Below, piece after piece: positions 22,073-34,289 of a stretch of DNA of 64,000 nt (the stretch's first letter is position 1; each line of letters starts with the position of its first letter). The stretch is from Dudresnaya verticillata. Its lineage: Eukaryota. The notes under the pieces are model-generated. The model was not told the origin of the DNA. It did not search any database and saw nothing but the letters and a program-made list of their open reading frames with translations. Both the position numbers and the translations under genes were made by a program. The stretch covers positions 3,224,001 to 3,288,000 of the forward strand of contig OZ374557.1 of assembly GCA_977862235.1 (NCBI GenBank), given 5' to 3'.

Positions 22073-22915
22073 TCCCGAATGGCACTCGCTTTGGACGAGT
22101 GCACACCCTTTCTCAGTCCCCCAACGGGCAGCAGGGACTGAGCCGGTGATCGTCGTTGCGACGCGCCGCGTGGGTCTGAGCGCGCATCAACCCAACGGAA
22201 CCTCGGGGCGCAGGCCAGCACTAGAACAACGGTACATCCGGTTTCGGGTGTATCGGTTAAAGAAGAGTGCCTGTGGCCCTCCCGCCAGTGTCCTTGGGGG
22301 CCACGCGACAAGAAAGCTGTGTGTGACCGCTTCTCGGCCTGTGTCACACACGGATCCCCTCGCCTTCTAACGTAAAAATAGTGTTACAGCTGTTTTTACG
22401 GAATCTTGAAGGAGTTGCTTGGGGCGCCAAGGTCAAGAGATCCTGCGCCCAAACCCGTCGGAGGCGCCGGATCTGAGAAGAGAAGGCCCCAAGGTCTCCG
22501 TGGAGTGCCTGATCGTTCGCATTGGACGACGGGTTCCGGAGTTAGAAGAGGAAGAAGTTCGTCCCCGACAGGCCCTAAGTAGCGGTTACTGGCGCTTGTC
22601 ACGGCTCCACTCGCTGAATTTGCCACGTGTAGGCGACGACGGTGGAGCCAGCCTGTCTGATCCAATTCGAATTGGATCTTATCCCAATCTGCTTCCGTGG
22701 AGGCGACCAACCCGATTTCAACACGTGTACATCGTGTACACGGTTCACCCTCAGGGCCACCTCCTGAGCTCATTTCCGAGCTTACTGACACGTTTCCGAC
22801 GTGTACACGTCTTCCACGTATTTCACCAAAACGTTCCAGAACATTCTACAAACTTCAAAAAGTTTCCTGAAAATCCCAAAAACAACAGAAAATCGCCAAA
22901 AAATCCAAAAACAAC

Positions 22916-24013
22916 ATGAATCCCCCGATGAATCCTCCCATTCCCTCCCCTATTGCTGCGGACAGCCCAATGACGGATCACGATCCTACAGTGACCGTTT
23001 CGAAGAAGGACTGGGACCGCATGATGCACATGCTTGAGACTCTCAGTGCGAATCAAGCCGAGCTAAGCAAGACGCAAGCAGTTCTGGTTGGTCAGTTAAC
23101 TCGAGCCAATGACCGCATCCAGGAGCTCGAGGCCGCGAAAGTCCCCCACTCGGATGACGCACCCGCTGCAGCGCCAATTCGACCTGAGCCCGTTGCTTCT
23201 GAGGCCCCACCAGCGGTACGCAAAACCGGCGCTTTTCAGTACAAGATCAAAGCTCCGAAGCCAGCGGCCGCCGCACCTGTGCCGCCTCGTCCTCAGTCCA
23301 ACAAGGCTGCCTCCCCGAAAAAGAGTTGGGCACAAATCGCTGCCGCGCCCCGCCCTCGTCTCTCTGACGTCTCCGAGAACTCGCAGGAGGGTGTCCGCAA
23401 GTGCTTAGAGTTGCTCGAAATATCGACTCCGCAGCCGAAGCCGACGGCCGTTTACTTCCGAAATATCAAGCGGGCCCGCCTTGGCAAAGTCCGCACAGCC
23501 TTGAGGTACATGCTTCCTCACCCATGGTCCATCCTCGGTCTTTCCTTCATCGGACAGTCTGTCATTGAAATCGTTTGCCATGAAGGTTTGGTGGACCAAA
23601 TTGTCGCCAAGCTGCGCATCATAGGCACAATTCACATCAAGAATTTCGACCTTTTCGGCGACAACCTGAAGAAGTCGAACGATCGCACCAAGCAGGATCG
23701 TGCAGTTTCCAATCTGGAGAAAGCGCAATCCCGCCTCCAACGGCTGGTGGACACGTGTGTCAACCCAGCTGCCAAGGCTTGGTACACTCAAAATCTTCAG
23801 AAAGCTGAGCAACGCATTGCCGAAGTGTACAACGTTGCCCATGATGTGGAGTCCTCGGACTCCGAGGACAGCGGATATGATTCTGCGGATCTTGTTGACG
23901 GCACTGCTGACTCGCCTGACTTGTCCGCCGACCCCATGGCAGTCGACACGACCACCCCCGACACCCCCCAAACCGACCCGCACCCGGCGCACGAGGCGCC
24001 AAGTTCGAATTGA
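22916..24013 (+). CDS. LINE ORF1 (coiled coil plus putative RRM-like domain), 365 aa
   Basis: ATG-started ORF directly upstream of ORF2. Heptad-like LETLSANQAELSK...IQELE, SWAQIAA motif, VYFRNI...LGLSFIG beta/alpha pattern. Confidence 0.8.
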   Translation: MNPPMNPPIPSPIAADSPMTDHDPTVTVSKKDWDRMMHMLETLSANQAELSKTQAVLVGQLTRANDRIQELEAAKVPHSDDAPAAAPIRPEPVASEAPPAVRKTGAFQYKIKAPKPAAAAPVPPRPQSNKAASPKKSWAQIAAAPRPRLSDVSENSQEGVRKCLELLEISTPQPKPTAVYFRNIKRARLGKVRTALRYMLPHPWSILGLSFIGQSVIEIVCHEGLVDQIVAKLRIIGTIHIKNFDLFGDNLKKSNDRTKQDRAVSNLEKAQSRLQRLVDTCVNPAAKAWYTQNLQKAEQRIAEVYNVAHDVESSDSEDSGYDSADLVDGTADSPDLSADPMAVDTTTPDTPQTDPHPAHEAPSSN

Positions 24014-25935
24014 GTTGCCGATCTGCACCCTTAGAATCTGAAAAGTTGTCTCTGGCAACGTTTAACGTCCATGGCGTTCAAGGGAAAGAAGCCGAAGTCG
24101 AGGCCTTGGCATCCACCGTCCACATCCTTGGTCTCTGTGAAACCTGGATTCGTCCTCAGGATCTCCGAGCTTTACGGCAATTCGACGAGTCCGTCTCCGT
24201 CGTTCAAGATCATGGTGGGTGGCGCGGACAAGGTGGGGTGGCTCTGAAGGTTGCCCCCCTTGTGAACTACTCTGTGATTCTCCGCCATTCTCAAATCGAC
24301 TATCAAGTTTTAGCAATCCGGGTTGGGGGAACCCATATCGCCATGATATACCTCCGCCCCCATCTACAGAAGACCACCTTCTTTGATTGTCTGGACCGCG
24401 TACAGTCCTCCACTCGCGGTAAGACAGTCATCATGGGCGACTTCAATGCCCGTCACACACGTTGGGACACTACTTCGAACCAACATGGTAAATGGTTGGT
24501 TGAATGGACGACCGCGCATCGTTGGTGCGTCCACGCCCCGCCCTCACCAACGTTTGCAGCTCATCAAGGCACCAGTACTGTTGACCTCTTCCTTACTAAG
24601 GGTGTTGACATCCCGGATGCCAAAATTCATTCCGGTCTGTGGGATGGCGCCAGTGATCATTCTGCAGTTCGAGCAAACATTGTGGACACCCCCGTTTACA
24701 AACTTGGCATACCCCGCATACCCCAAAGTCAACGTCGCCAGCCGACCTTTCTTCGTCAGGCAGCCGATCTCTATCGTCAAGAGATTCCGAACACTGCCAG
24801 TGAAATCACGTCGTGCACAACATCGCAAGAATTGGAGGACGCGTATTCGCGGCTGAAAGCCATGACTTTGCAACCTTGGGAGTCTGCCCGCAAACATCGT
24901 CCCCGTCGTTACAAGTACTTTTGGGACGGGCACCTCGATCATCTGAAGAAATTGCGGTCGAAGAAGTATAAACAAGCCACTCAACTCATGACGTCGGAGG
25001 CTTGGGAACAGTACAAGACCCTCAATCGACGGGTTCGCGCACTTGTGCATCGCAATAAACGGCGATGCAAGTTGCGTTTGACAGAAGCTCTCCTGTCCTC
25101 CGACCCTACTGATGGTCCCAAAATGGTTAAGGCCGTGCTCCGAAACGCATCCGGCCCACTTGGTTCTCGGAGAGACCAACCAATTGGGAAGTTGGACCTG
25201 GCCAACTTTACAAAACACCTCGCGACAGGGGCTGGAAAAGGACATATTCCGCCCATTGTGCCCTTCGAAACTTCCCGAAACCTCGAATCTCACGTTTTCC
25301 GTGCTATAGTCAAGGCCAAACCGAAGAAGGCCACAGGCACGGATGAAGTCTTCAGCGAAGCATTCAAGGTCGCCCCAAAGTCCTTTGCGCATGGCTTGGG
25401 ACTCTTTTGGGTGAAATGCAGTCAGCTCGGGTACCTATTGCAAGATTGGCAAACATCCCTGCTGGTGCCAATTTACAAACGGGGTCCCAAATCGGACCCA
25501 ACCAGCTATCGACCGATTGCGCTAGTGTCGCACGGACGACAAATGCTTTCAAAGGCAATCGCGTCTATGATTCGTAAGGAGTACCAGTTTCATCCGACTC
25601 AGTTGGGGTTCCGTGAGAAAACTGGTACCGAAACCGCCATCTTAAGGCATGCAGCCAGCACAAAAGCTGGATTCCGGTACACGGCCGTGCTCGACTTGAA
25701 GTCGGCATACGATACAGTACCCCGCGAGCGGTTGATGTCGAAAGTGAATCAGAAGATGTCACCTACCACGGCGGCAATGGTCGCTCTGGAGTTACAACCA
25801 GCAACAGTAGTTACCAAGGGCGATATCACCGGCACCACTGCAATTGTGTCGCGGGGTGTGCCTCAAGGCGTGTCTTCGAGTCCGACTTTGTACAATGTCA
25901 ACATGGACTCGTATCCTGAGTTCATGGATTTGTCA
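24010..25935 (+). pseudogene. LINE ORF2, 5' part: AP endonuclease plus the N-terminal half of RT
   Basis: APE motifs FNVHG, GLCETW, GDFNARH, TVDLFL, SDH; RT motifs KATGTD, YRPIAL, QLGFR, DLKSAYD, GVPQG. Cut by an LTR at TSD TGTCA. Confidence 0.93.
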
Positions 25936-27130
25936 TGAAAAGGAATACGGAGAGGTTGAAGTTGAACAAGATTGAAAAGGAATATGGAGAGGTTGGAGTT
26001 GAACAAGATGAGAAATGGAAGTCGCTTGACTTCGTTTACTGCAGTCGACCATCCGACATGGCTTATATCAGCTTTTCGGATGAGTTGCTGCGTGAACACA
26101 AACAAAACAAATCATTAAAGAAACGCCCAAAATCCCTATCATCAAATGGGCGGGAAAAAGTAAAGCAATTAAATCTACCAAATCATACTCTCAGCACACT
26201 CACATCCGCCACCAAAATGGGCGGGAACTTGCACACCAGTGTTGCTAACTGCTGACATCAGCAATCCCTCTTGCGACCGCATTTCCTGCCATCCATATGT
26301 ACTCCAACTTTGGGCGGGAACTCGAAAGTATCGAGTGTCCCCGCATGGCTGCTGTCGGACAACACTGCATACCACGTGGCCGCACTTACGAGCTGAAGTC
26401 CGTCCATGAATATCCAACTTGGATCATTGACCACGTAATCACCCAGTGTTGAGGACATGGTCGCTGGCGCCTCACGTCACGGGTCAGGTACCCCAGATGG
26501 TAGCCTGGCACGCTTTCACCAAACCTTCCGGAGACGACAGCCCTTTTTCCGGGCTTCCAATATCACGGCGCATTTAGGCCTTTTGCAAAAGCAACGTGAA
26601 ACGGGCTTCTGATATGTTCTTACAAACCGCCTCCATGGTCTATATGGCTTACAAGTGTTGTGCTGGAATTGGCGGTTATAACAGGAACGGCCAAGTGGAA
26701 CGATCTGATTGGACCACATGGATGCACGTGGTATGGCATGGAATGGTACTGGTATGACGCGCACCGTACTCCACAAGTACATATGAACGTGCCATGCAAT
26801 GTGCTGATGGCGTCTGAGTTGGTACTGCAGGGACTTGCGCTACGTGGAGCCTGGCTTGTGATATCAGCAGATGCAGTTGTCGTGCGGCCGACACGTTGGT
26901 TTACAGTTGCCACGTAGGTGTCGTGCGGCCGACACGTTGGTTTACAGTGGGCACGTAGCTGTCGTGCGGCCGACACGTTGGTTTACAGCTGCCACGTAGG
27001 CAAATCTGGGTGATTACGTGGTCAATAATCCAAGTTGGATATTCATGGACGGACTTCAGCTCGTAAGTGCGGCCACGTGGTGTGCAGTGTTGTCCGACAG
27101 CAGCCATGCGGGGACACTCGATACTTTCGA

Positions 27131-27390
27131 GTTCCCGCCCAAAGTTGGAGTACATATGGATGGCAGGAAATGCGGTCGCAAGAGGGATTGCTGATGTCAG
27201 CAGTTAGCAACACTGGTGTGCAAGTTCCCGCCCATTTTGGTGGCGGATGTGAGTGTGCTGAGAGTATGGTTTAGTAGATTTGATTGCTTTACTTTTTCCC
27301 GCCCATTTGATGATAGGGATTTTGGGCGTTTCTTTAATGATTTGTTTTGTTTGTGTTCTCGCAGCGACTCATCCGAAAAGCTGATATAAG
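27131..27390 (+). promoter_or_regulatory. Putative LTR promoter: three TTCCCGCCC (E2F-like) sites and a TATA-like TATAAG about 95 bp from the LTR end
   Basis: GTTCCCGCCC at 27131, GTTCCCGCCC at about 27224, TTTTTCCCGCCC at about 27293, and GATATAAG at about 27383. Present in every full LTR copy. Confidence 0.5.
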
Positions 27391-28415
27391 CCTTGTCGGA
27401 TGGTCGACTGCAGTAAACGAAGTCAAGCGACTTCCATTTCTCATCTTGTTCAACTTCAACCTCTCCATATTCCTTTTCAGGTTATGGGCCCAGAAGGTCG
27501 ACCTACGCAGACTTCATCGCTTCGCTGCAACCTTCTTTCTTTTTCTTTTCATTCTTGATACTGTCCTGTCCGGTCCTGGCCTGTCCTGTCTGCTTGTGTC
27601 CTGTCCTGTCGGCTTGTGTCCTGTCCTGTCTGCTTGTTGTCTGTTGAAAGTGGTCCCTATCCCACTGTGTCGGCTTGTGTCTCTGATTTTGTGAGAGAGT
27701 TCTCGAGGCTCTCGTCCGCTGTTGTCTTGGTCCGTGAGCTTGCTGAGAGGTTGAGTGTTGTGCGTGGTGACTCTCGTTAAGTCAGGACCTCGTTGGCCTA
27801 GGGGAGCAGCCTCCAGTAAGATCCAGAACCTTGACACGGTTGGGCCTAGTTCCATTCCTGCAAGAGACTGGACCTGTTCGTGTGGTGAACACTCGTTTTG
27901 AGTTATTACCCATAAGGTGGACGTCTCGTAAGGATTGCATACTTCGTGTCTGTGTGCGCACGACACGAAAGGGCTGCTGAAAGACGCATTTCACCCGGAG
28001 AATCATATCCGGGGGCCAGGAGTCCGACTCCTAGGGGTGACTAGGTAGAACCTGGTGCCAGAACATCCCGCGTCCAAAAGACGTTCAACTATCAAGAATC
28101 AACTTTTCAACTTCAAGTTTCAACTTTTCTTCTTCAGTCCAGGTGATCCCATCATCACCTGAGAGTTTCATTACTCCAAGCGTGGGAGCTACTTGGCAAA
28201 GTGTGCTCCGCTTGTGACTGTATTTCAGTACCGACGTGTTCGACACATTTCTCAGTTTCGTCGTCACGTCTTCGTTGTGTGAGCTGCACTGCTCTGCTTA
28301 ACACGACTATTACCCTCTGGGCATCGACACTGTTGCACTAACAGCACTGCCCCAAGTTCACCAAGTTTTCTAAAACTATTCAAGTTATCTCTTCTCACCA
28401 TCAGTCCCAACAGCT

Positions 28416-31400
28416 ATGACTGATACCGAAGCCGAGATGGATACGTCGAGCGGGGTCAAGATACCCCGTTTCCACGGCAGGAGAGGTGACGACTATGGTC
28501 TCTGGCGTCATCGCCTTCGTGCCGCATGCCGCATCAAAGGGGTTTGGAATGTTGTCCACACCTCAAACGACACACCGAGCAGCTCACAGTCAACTGGAGA
28601 GGCCTCAGCGGATACTTCCATTCTTCACGCCAGAACCTTGGCCAAACGTGAGAAGGCTTGCGGGATCATCATTTCCGCACTTGGTGATGCTCCGCTTCGT
28701 GTCGTTATGGAGGTTGATGATGACCCCAAACGCATGCTGGAGCTATTGGACTCGCGCTATGCGTCCAGTCGAACCGTATCCCGTATCGCCGTACAGACCA
28801 AGCTATTCCGTATGACGTACACCGGTCAGAATATGTCCAACTATGTCGACCAGTACACGTCACTGTTCGCCCAACTCGACCGCATGGGCAACGACTCGGC
28901 GATACCGGAGACACATAAGGCACCTATGCTGCTTGCTTCCATTGATCCGTCCTGCCACCTGGAGTCAACAGCTGCAGCTCTTCGCACCAAAGATGCTGCT
29001 GAGCTGATTTGGGACTACGTCGCAACCACGCTGATCGATGAGTACAACGCCAAAGATTGTCATGGATCAAACGCAGGTGGGAGATCCAGTAAGTCGAAGA
29101 GTCGTCGGAAGAAGAAAAAGAAGTCCGCGTCGTCAGGTTCTCGCCAGCAACACAACACGCTGGATGACAACGACGACTCCGATGACTCCTCTGATATTGA
29201 ATCCACCGTCCGTGCGTTGGCGGTTGCACTCAAGTCCGCCAAGCAGGCTCACTCCACCCCGAACCGGCACCTTCACTGTGATGTTTGCGACAAGGATGGA
29301 CACACCGCGGATCGAATCTCAATCCGGAAAATCCTAACAACAAGCTTCCTCCAAAGGTGCGACAGATGTTCACCAACCAGGGCAAAAAGGGCAACGCCAA
29401 CTCGGCGGTAGCTGCATCTGGTAAGAATAATGGTAAATCTGCAAAGGTAGAAATCGCCGGTGCATCGGTTGAGATGACTACTGTTGTTCCTCCGAACGAC
29501 CAAGGAACGTATGCCGACAGTGGAGCAACTGTGCATTGCTTCCACTCAATGACTTCTTTTGTACCGAGCTCAGTATCGCGCTGCGAAAAGCGTACTGTAG
29601 TGCTTGCGGACAAGTCGTCTGTCACCTCAGACCTATGTGGAGATGTGATTCTGCCGTTTGAGCATGCCAATATTCGGCTCAAGAAGGCCCTCTTCATCCC
29701 GCAGATGGGATACAATCTTGTCTCTACTGGGCGTTTGGCAGATAAAGGAATTGAATCCCACTTTCGCCGCTTGGACGTGCGCTTGGTACTCGACTCTGAT
29801 GGGTACTATATTGGATCCGGTGTTCGCGATGCGAGTTCTGGAATGTACATGCTACCAGAACCCGAGCCCCACACTTCGGAGGAGCAAGTACTGGCTGTCC
29901 CCAGCACGCAGCAAACTACTGAGCTGTGGCATCGACGTCTTGCCCACATTAATTTTCGGGACTTGGCCAAAGTGCACGAGCATGTTGAGGGTGTTCCGGA
30001 GTTGGGCTCCACTCATGAAGTGTGTCGGGCTTGTAGACTTGGGAAAGCACACAAACAATCATTCCCAGGGCACTTCCGCCTGGCCAAAGCTGTCGGTGAT
30101 CTCGTGCATTCCGACATTGTGGGTCCAATCCAGATCTCCTTTCCCGATCGTTTCCGGTATGCCACGACGTTTCTGGATGACAAATCCCGTTTCTTGGTCG
30201 TCGCATGTATGAGAAGTCGCCGTATGTTGAGTGCAGCATTTGATCAAGCTTCAGCAAAGTTTATCGAGCTTGGAGGAGCGGAAATAACAAAACTCCACTC
30301 AGACGGGGCTCAGGAGTATTTGGCTTTGCAGAAAGATTTGGGAGGAGTTGGAGACAGTGGCAAATCCTTCTCCCCACCTTATACTCCGGAGCTCAATGGA
30401 ATCGCGGAAAGGGTGAACCGAACCATGGTGGAAGCTGCCCTGACTTTGCTGATCCAGGCTGATCTACCGGGATGTTTGTGGCCGTTTGCACTGAAGCATG
30501 TCAACTACGTGCGCAATAGGGTACCACACTCAACCGTTGGGGCTACGCCATACTCGGTCATGACAGGTGATGTTCCTGATTTAAAACATTTAAGAGTGTT
30601 TGGATGTGCTGCATATGTCCTAAGGCTCCCACGCGGATCCAAGTTCGAGTCTCGTGCACTTGAGGGGGTGCACTTGGAGACTCTAGAGCATGGGATCTAC
30701 AGGATATTGGTCACTGGCGGTGACGGTATACCTCGTGTGGTTGAGTCGCGGCATGTCACATTCGACGAGTCCAAATTCCCGGGTGCTCCAAGCCTGTTGG
30801 AATATGGGCAGGACGAGGCAGATTCGGATGAAGATTACGAGTCTAACTCAGAGGCCTCTATTTTCAACTCGGACTCTGATGACGATGTGTCGCTGGGTAA
30901 CTTTGAGGATGAAGAGGATGCAATTGAAGTTGACACACCTTCTTCACCTCCACTACCTCCATCAGAACCCAGCTCATTCGAATCTGATGACACGGCTGAG
31001 GAAGAAAACGTCTCTGACAATCCTCCGGCTGGTGTGAGTTCAGATCCAGAACGCCAGCAACAGAGTCGATATCCTCGTCGCCAACGTCGCCAGACGTCGA
31101 AATGGTTTATGGCAAGCTCTGCACAAGCTGAACAACAGGTTGCCCTCACAACGGGAGATGAGCCCACTCTTCGAGAGGCCATGTCTGCCACTCCGGAGGA
31201 GCGCGGGTTGTGGCAATCTGCCATTGATGATGAGTTCGCATCCTTGGAATCCAAAGGCACTTGGGTCCGTGATGACAGTCCCGATGCACAGCCGCTTCCA
31301 ACGCACGCCGTGCTGAAAGTTAAACGCAAGTCCGACGGGACCGTCGAGCGCTTCAAAGCGCGGGTCGTCGCTGGTGGAAACTTCCAGACGTATGGTGAAG

Positions 31401-32734
31401 ACTACATGGAAACATACGCCCCAGTTGTGTCGTTCTCGCTGGTGCGCATGTTCCTATACTTGGTACTGTGTTTGAACCTGTTTGTTGCACAGCTAGACGT
31501 GAAGACGGCTTTCCTGAATGGTGATCTGGCAGAACACGTGTGGGTAATGTCACCGCGTGGGATTCCTGGAAGGGAATCTCTCTGTTACAAACTTCTGAAG
31601 GCTATGTATGGGCTAAAACAGGCTCACCTAGCTTGGCACACCAAGCTGTGTGGTGACCTTGCTAGGATGATGTTTGAGGAATTGCCAAGTGCACCTTGCG
31701 TGTTTCGTCGCAGATCCAAGTCTTCTGGATATACATACATCTTGGTGTACGTTGATGACTTGCTCATTCTGGCGCCCACAAAATCGGAGAGAGACGCCAT
31801 TGTTAAGGAGCTGCAGGGCATCTACGATCTACGGCTGTCTGAAGGGGTTGACCTCTTCCTCGGAGTCGAGCTTGGATGGAAGCTAGACTCTGATGGCAGA
31901 TTTGTGTCCCTCAAGATGACTCAACAGGTCTACACGGAAAGTGTTCTTCGTCGATTTGGACTTCAGAACTCTAAGCCGGCTTGTACGCCGATGGTTGAGT
32001 CTTTCTTCACTGGACTTGCCGCCGAAGAGGACAAGGCCGTCGTGTCGGTTGAGACGTACCAGCAGATGATCGGGTCACTTCTGTACTTGGGGCTTCGCAC
32101 AAGGCTGGACATTTTGGCCTCTGTGTTTATCCTCGCACGGTTCCAGAAGGCTCCAACTGCGTACTGTCACCGTGGTGCAAAGAGGGTTCTGCGATATCTT
32201 CGAGGCACTCACAAGCATGGAGTTACGTACCAGTCCGGAACCACTCGTATCCAAGCTTATGTGGACGCTGACTATGCCGGTGACACCACAGACCGAAAAT
32301 CTATGTCTGGTTACATGGTGAAACTGGGAGATGCAGTGTGTATTTGGGGATCCAAGAAGCAGTCAACTGTTGCTCTCTCAACTTGCGAGTCGGAGTACTA
32401 TGCAATGACTCTGGCTGCGAAAGAGACGGTTTGGGTCACGCGAGTGCTGAAGGAGGCCGACTTGAACGTCGAAGGCCCGGTTCCATTGAGATCAGACAAC
32501 CAGTCTGCCATCAATTGGGCTACTGGAGAACGCTGTCCGTCTGGTCGTGCCAAGCACATCGACGTTCGTGTACACTTCATTCGCGAACTTGTCGCCGACT
32601 CTGTTCTGGAAGTGGTGTATGTGCCGTCAGAAGACAACGACGCAGACTTGCTGACAAAGCCACTCGGGCCCACTTTGCTCAATAGGATTCTACCAAGGGT
32701 TGGACTTGGAGGAGCCATCGAGGAGGAGTGTTGA
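28416..32734 (+). pseudogene. Copia gag-pol of copy C, frameshifted by a 4-bp deletion at about 29316 in the zinc knuckle
   Basis: GATCGA[TGCT]ATCTC deletion relative to the other copies. ORFs 28416-29411 and 29285-32734. Confidence 0.95.
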
Positions 32735-34289
32735 GGACATGGTCGCTGGCGCCTCACGTCACGGGTCAGGTACCCCAGATGGTAGCCTGGCACGCTTTCA
32801 CCAAACCTTCCGGAGACGACAGCCCTTTTTCCGGGCTTCCAATATCACGGCGCATTTAGGCCTTTTGCAAAAGCAACGTGAAACGGGCTTCTGATATGTT
32901 CTTACAAACCGCCTCCATGGTCTATATGGCTTACAAGTGTTGTGCTGGAATTGGCGGTTATAACAGGAACGGCCAAGTGGAACGATCTGATTGGACCACA
33001 TGGATGCACGTGGTATGGCATGGAATGGTACTGGTATGACGCGCACCGTACTCCACAAGTACATATGAACGTGCCATGCAATGTGCTGATGGCGTCTGAG
33101 TTGGTACTGCAGGGACTTGCGCTACGTGGAGCCTGGCTTGTGATATCAGCAGATGCAGTTGTCGTGCGGCCGACACGTTGGTTTACAGTTGCCACGTAGC
33201 TGTCGTGCGGCCGACACGTTGGTTTACAGTGGGCACGTAGCTGTCGTGCGGCCGACACGTTGGTTTACAGCTGCCACGTAGGCAAATCTGGGTGATTACG
33301 TGGTCAATAATCCAAGTTGGATATTCATGGACGGACTTCAGCTCGTAAGTGCGGCCACGTGGTGTGCAGTGTTGTCCGACAGCAGCCATGCGGGGACACT
33401 CGATACTTTCGAGTTCCCGCCCAAAGTTGGAGTACATATGGATGGCAGGAAATGCGGTCGCAAGAGGGATTGCTGATGTCAGCAGTTAGCAACACTGGTG
33501 TGCAAGTTCCCGCCCATTTTGGTGGCGGATGTGAGTGTGCTGAGAGTATGGTTTAGTAGATTTGATTGCTTTACTTTTTCCCGCCCATTTGATGATAGGG
33601 ATTTTGGGCGTATCTTTAATGATTTGTTTTGTTTGTGTTCTCGCAGCGACTCATCCGAAAAGCTGATATAAGCCTTGTCGGATGGTCGACTGCAGTAAAC
33701 GAAGTCAAGCGACTTCCATTTCTCATCTTGTTCAACTTCAACCTCTCCATATTCCTTTTCACCCAGATTTGCCTACGTGGCAGCTGTAAACCAACGTGTC
33801 GGCCGTACGACACCTACGTGGCAACTGTAAACCAACGTGTCGGCCGCACGACAACTGCATCTGCTGATATCACAAGCCAGGCTCCACGTAGCGCAAGTCC
33901 CTGCAGTACCAACTCAGACGCCATCAGCACATTGCATGGCACGTTCATATGTACTTGTGGAGTACAGTGCGCGTCATACCAGTACCATTCCATGCCATAC
34001 CACGTGCATCCATGTGGTCCAATCAGATCGTTCCACTTGGCCGTTCCTGTTATAACCGCCAATTCCAGCACAACACTTGTAAGCCATATAGACCATGGAG
34101 GCGGTTTGTAACAACCAATCAGAAGCCCGTTTCACGTTGCTTTTGCAAAAGGCCTAAATGCGCCGTGATTTTGGAAGCCCGGAAAAAGGGCTGTCGTCTC
34201 CGGAAGGTTTGGTGAAAGCGTGCCAGGGTACCATCTGGGGTACCTGACCCGTGACGTGAGGCGCCAGCGACCATGTCCTCAACATGTCA

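Larger units (their letters stand above)
26447..33761 (+). mobile_element. Full-length copia copy C
   Basis: LTRs 26447-27479 and 32729-33761 (1033 bp, about 2 differences seen). TSD CCCAG at 26442-26446 and 33762-33766. Confidence 0.98.
25936..34284 (-). mobile_element. Copia solo LTR with a duplicated 37-bp terminus, split by element C
   Basis: TSD TGTCA at 25931-25935 and 34285-34289. LTR terminus present twice (25936 and 25973). Pieces 25973-26446 and 33767-34284. Confidence 0.93.

Noticed and set aside
23961..23974. CCCAAAC as a -1 frameshift heptamer between LINE ORF1 and ORF2
   Set aside because: It is not in the X XXY YYZ phase of ORF1.
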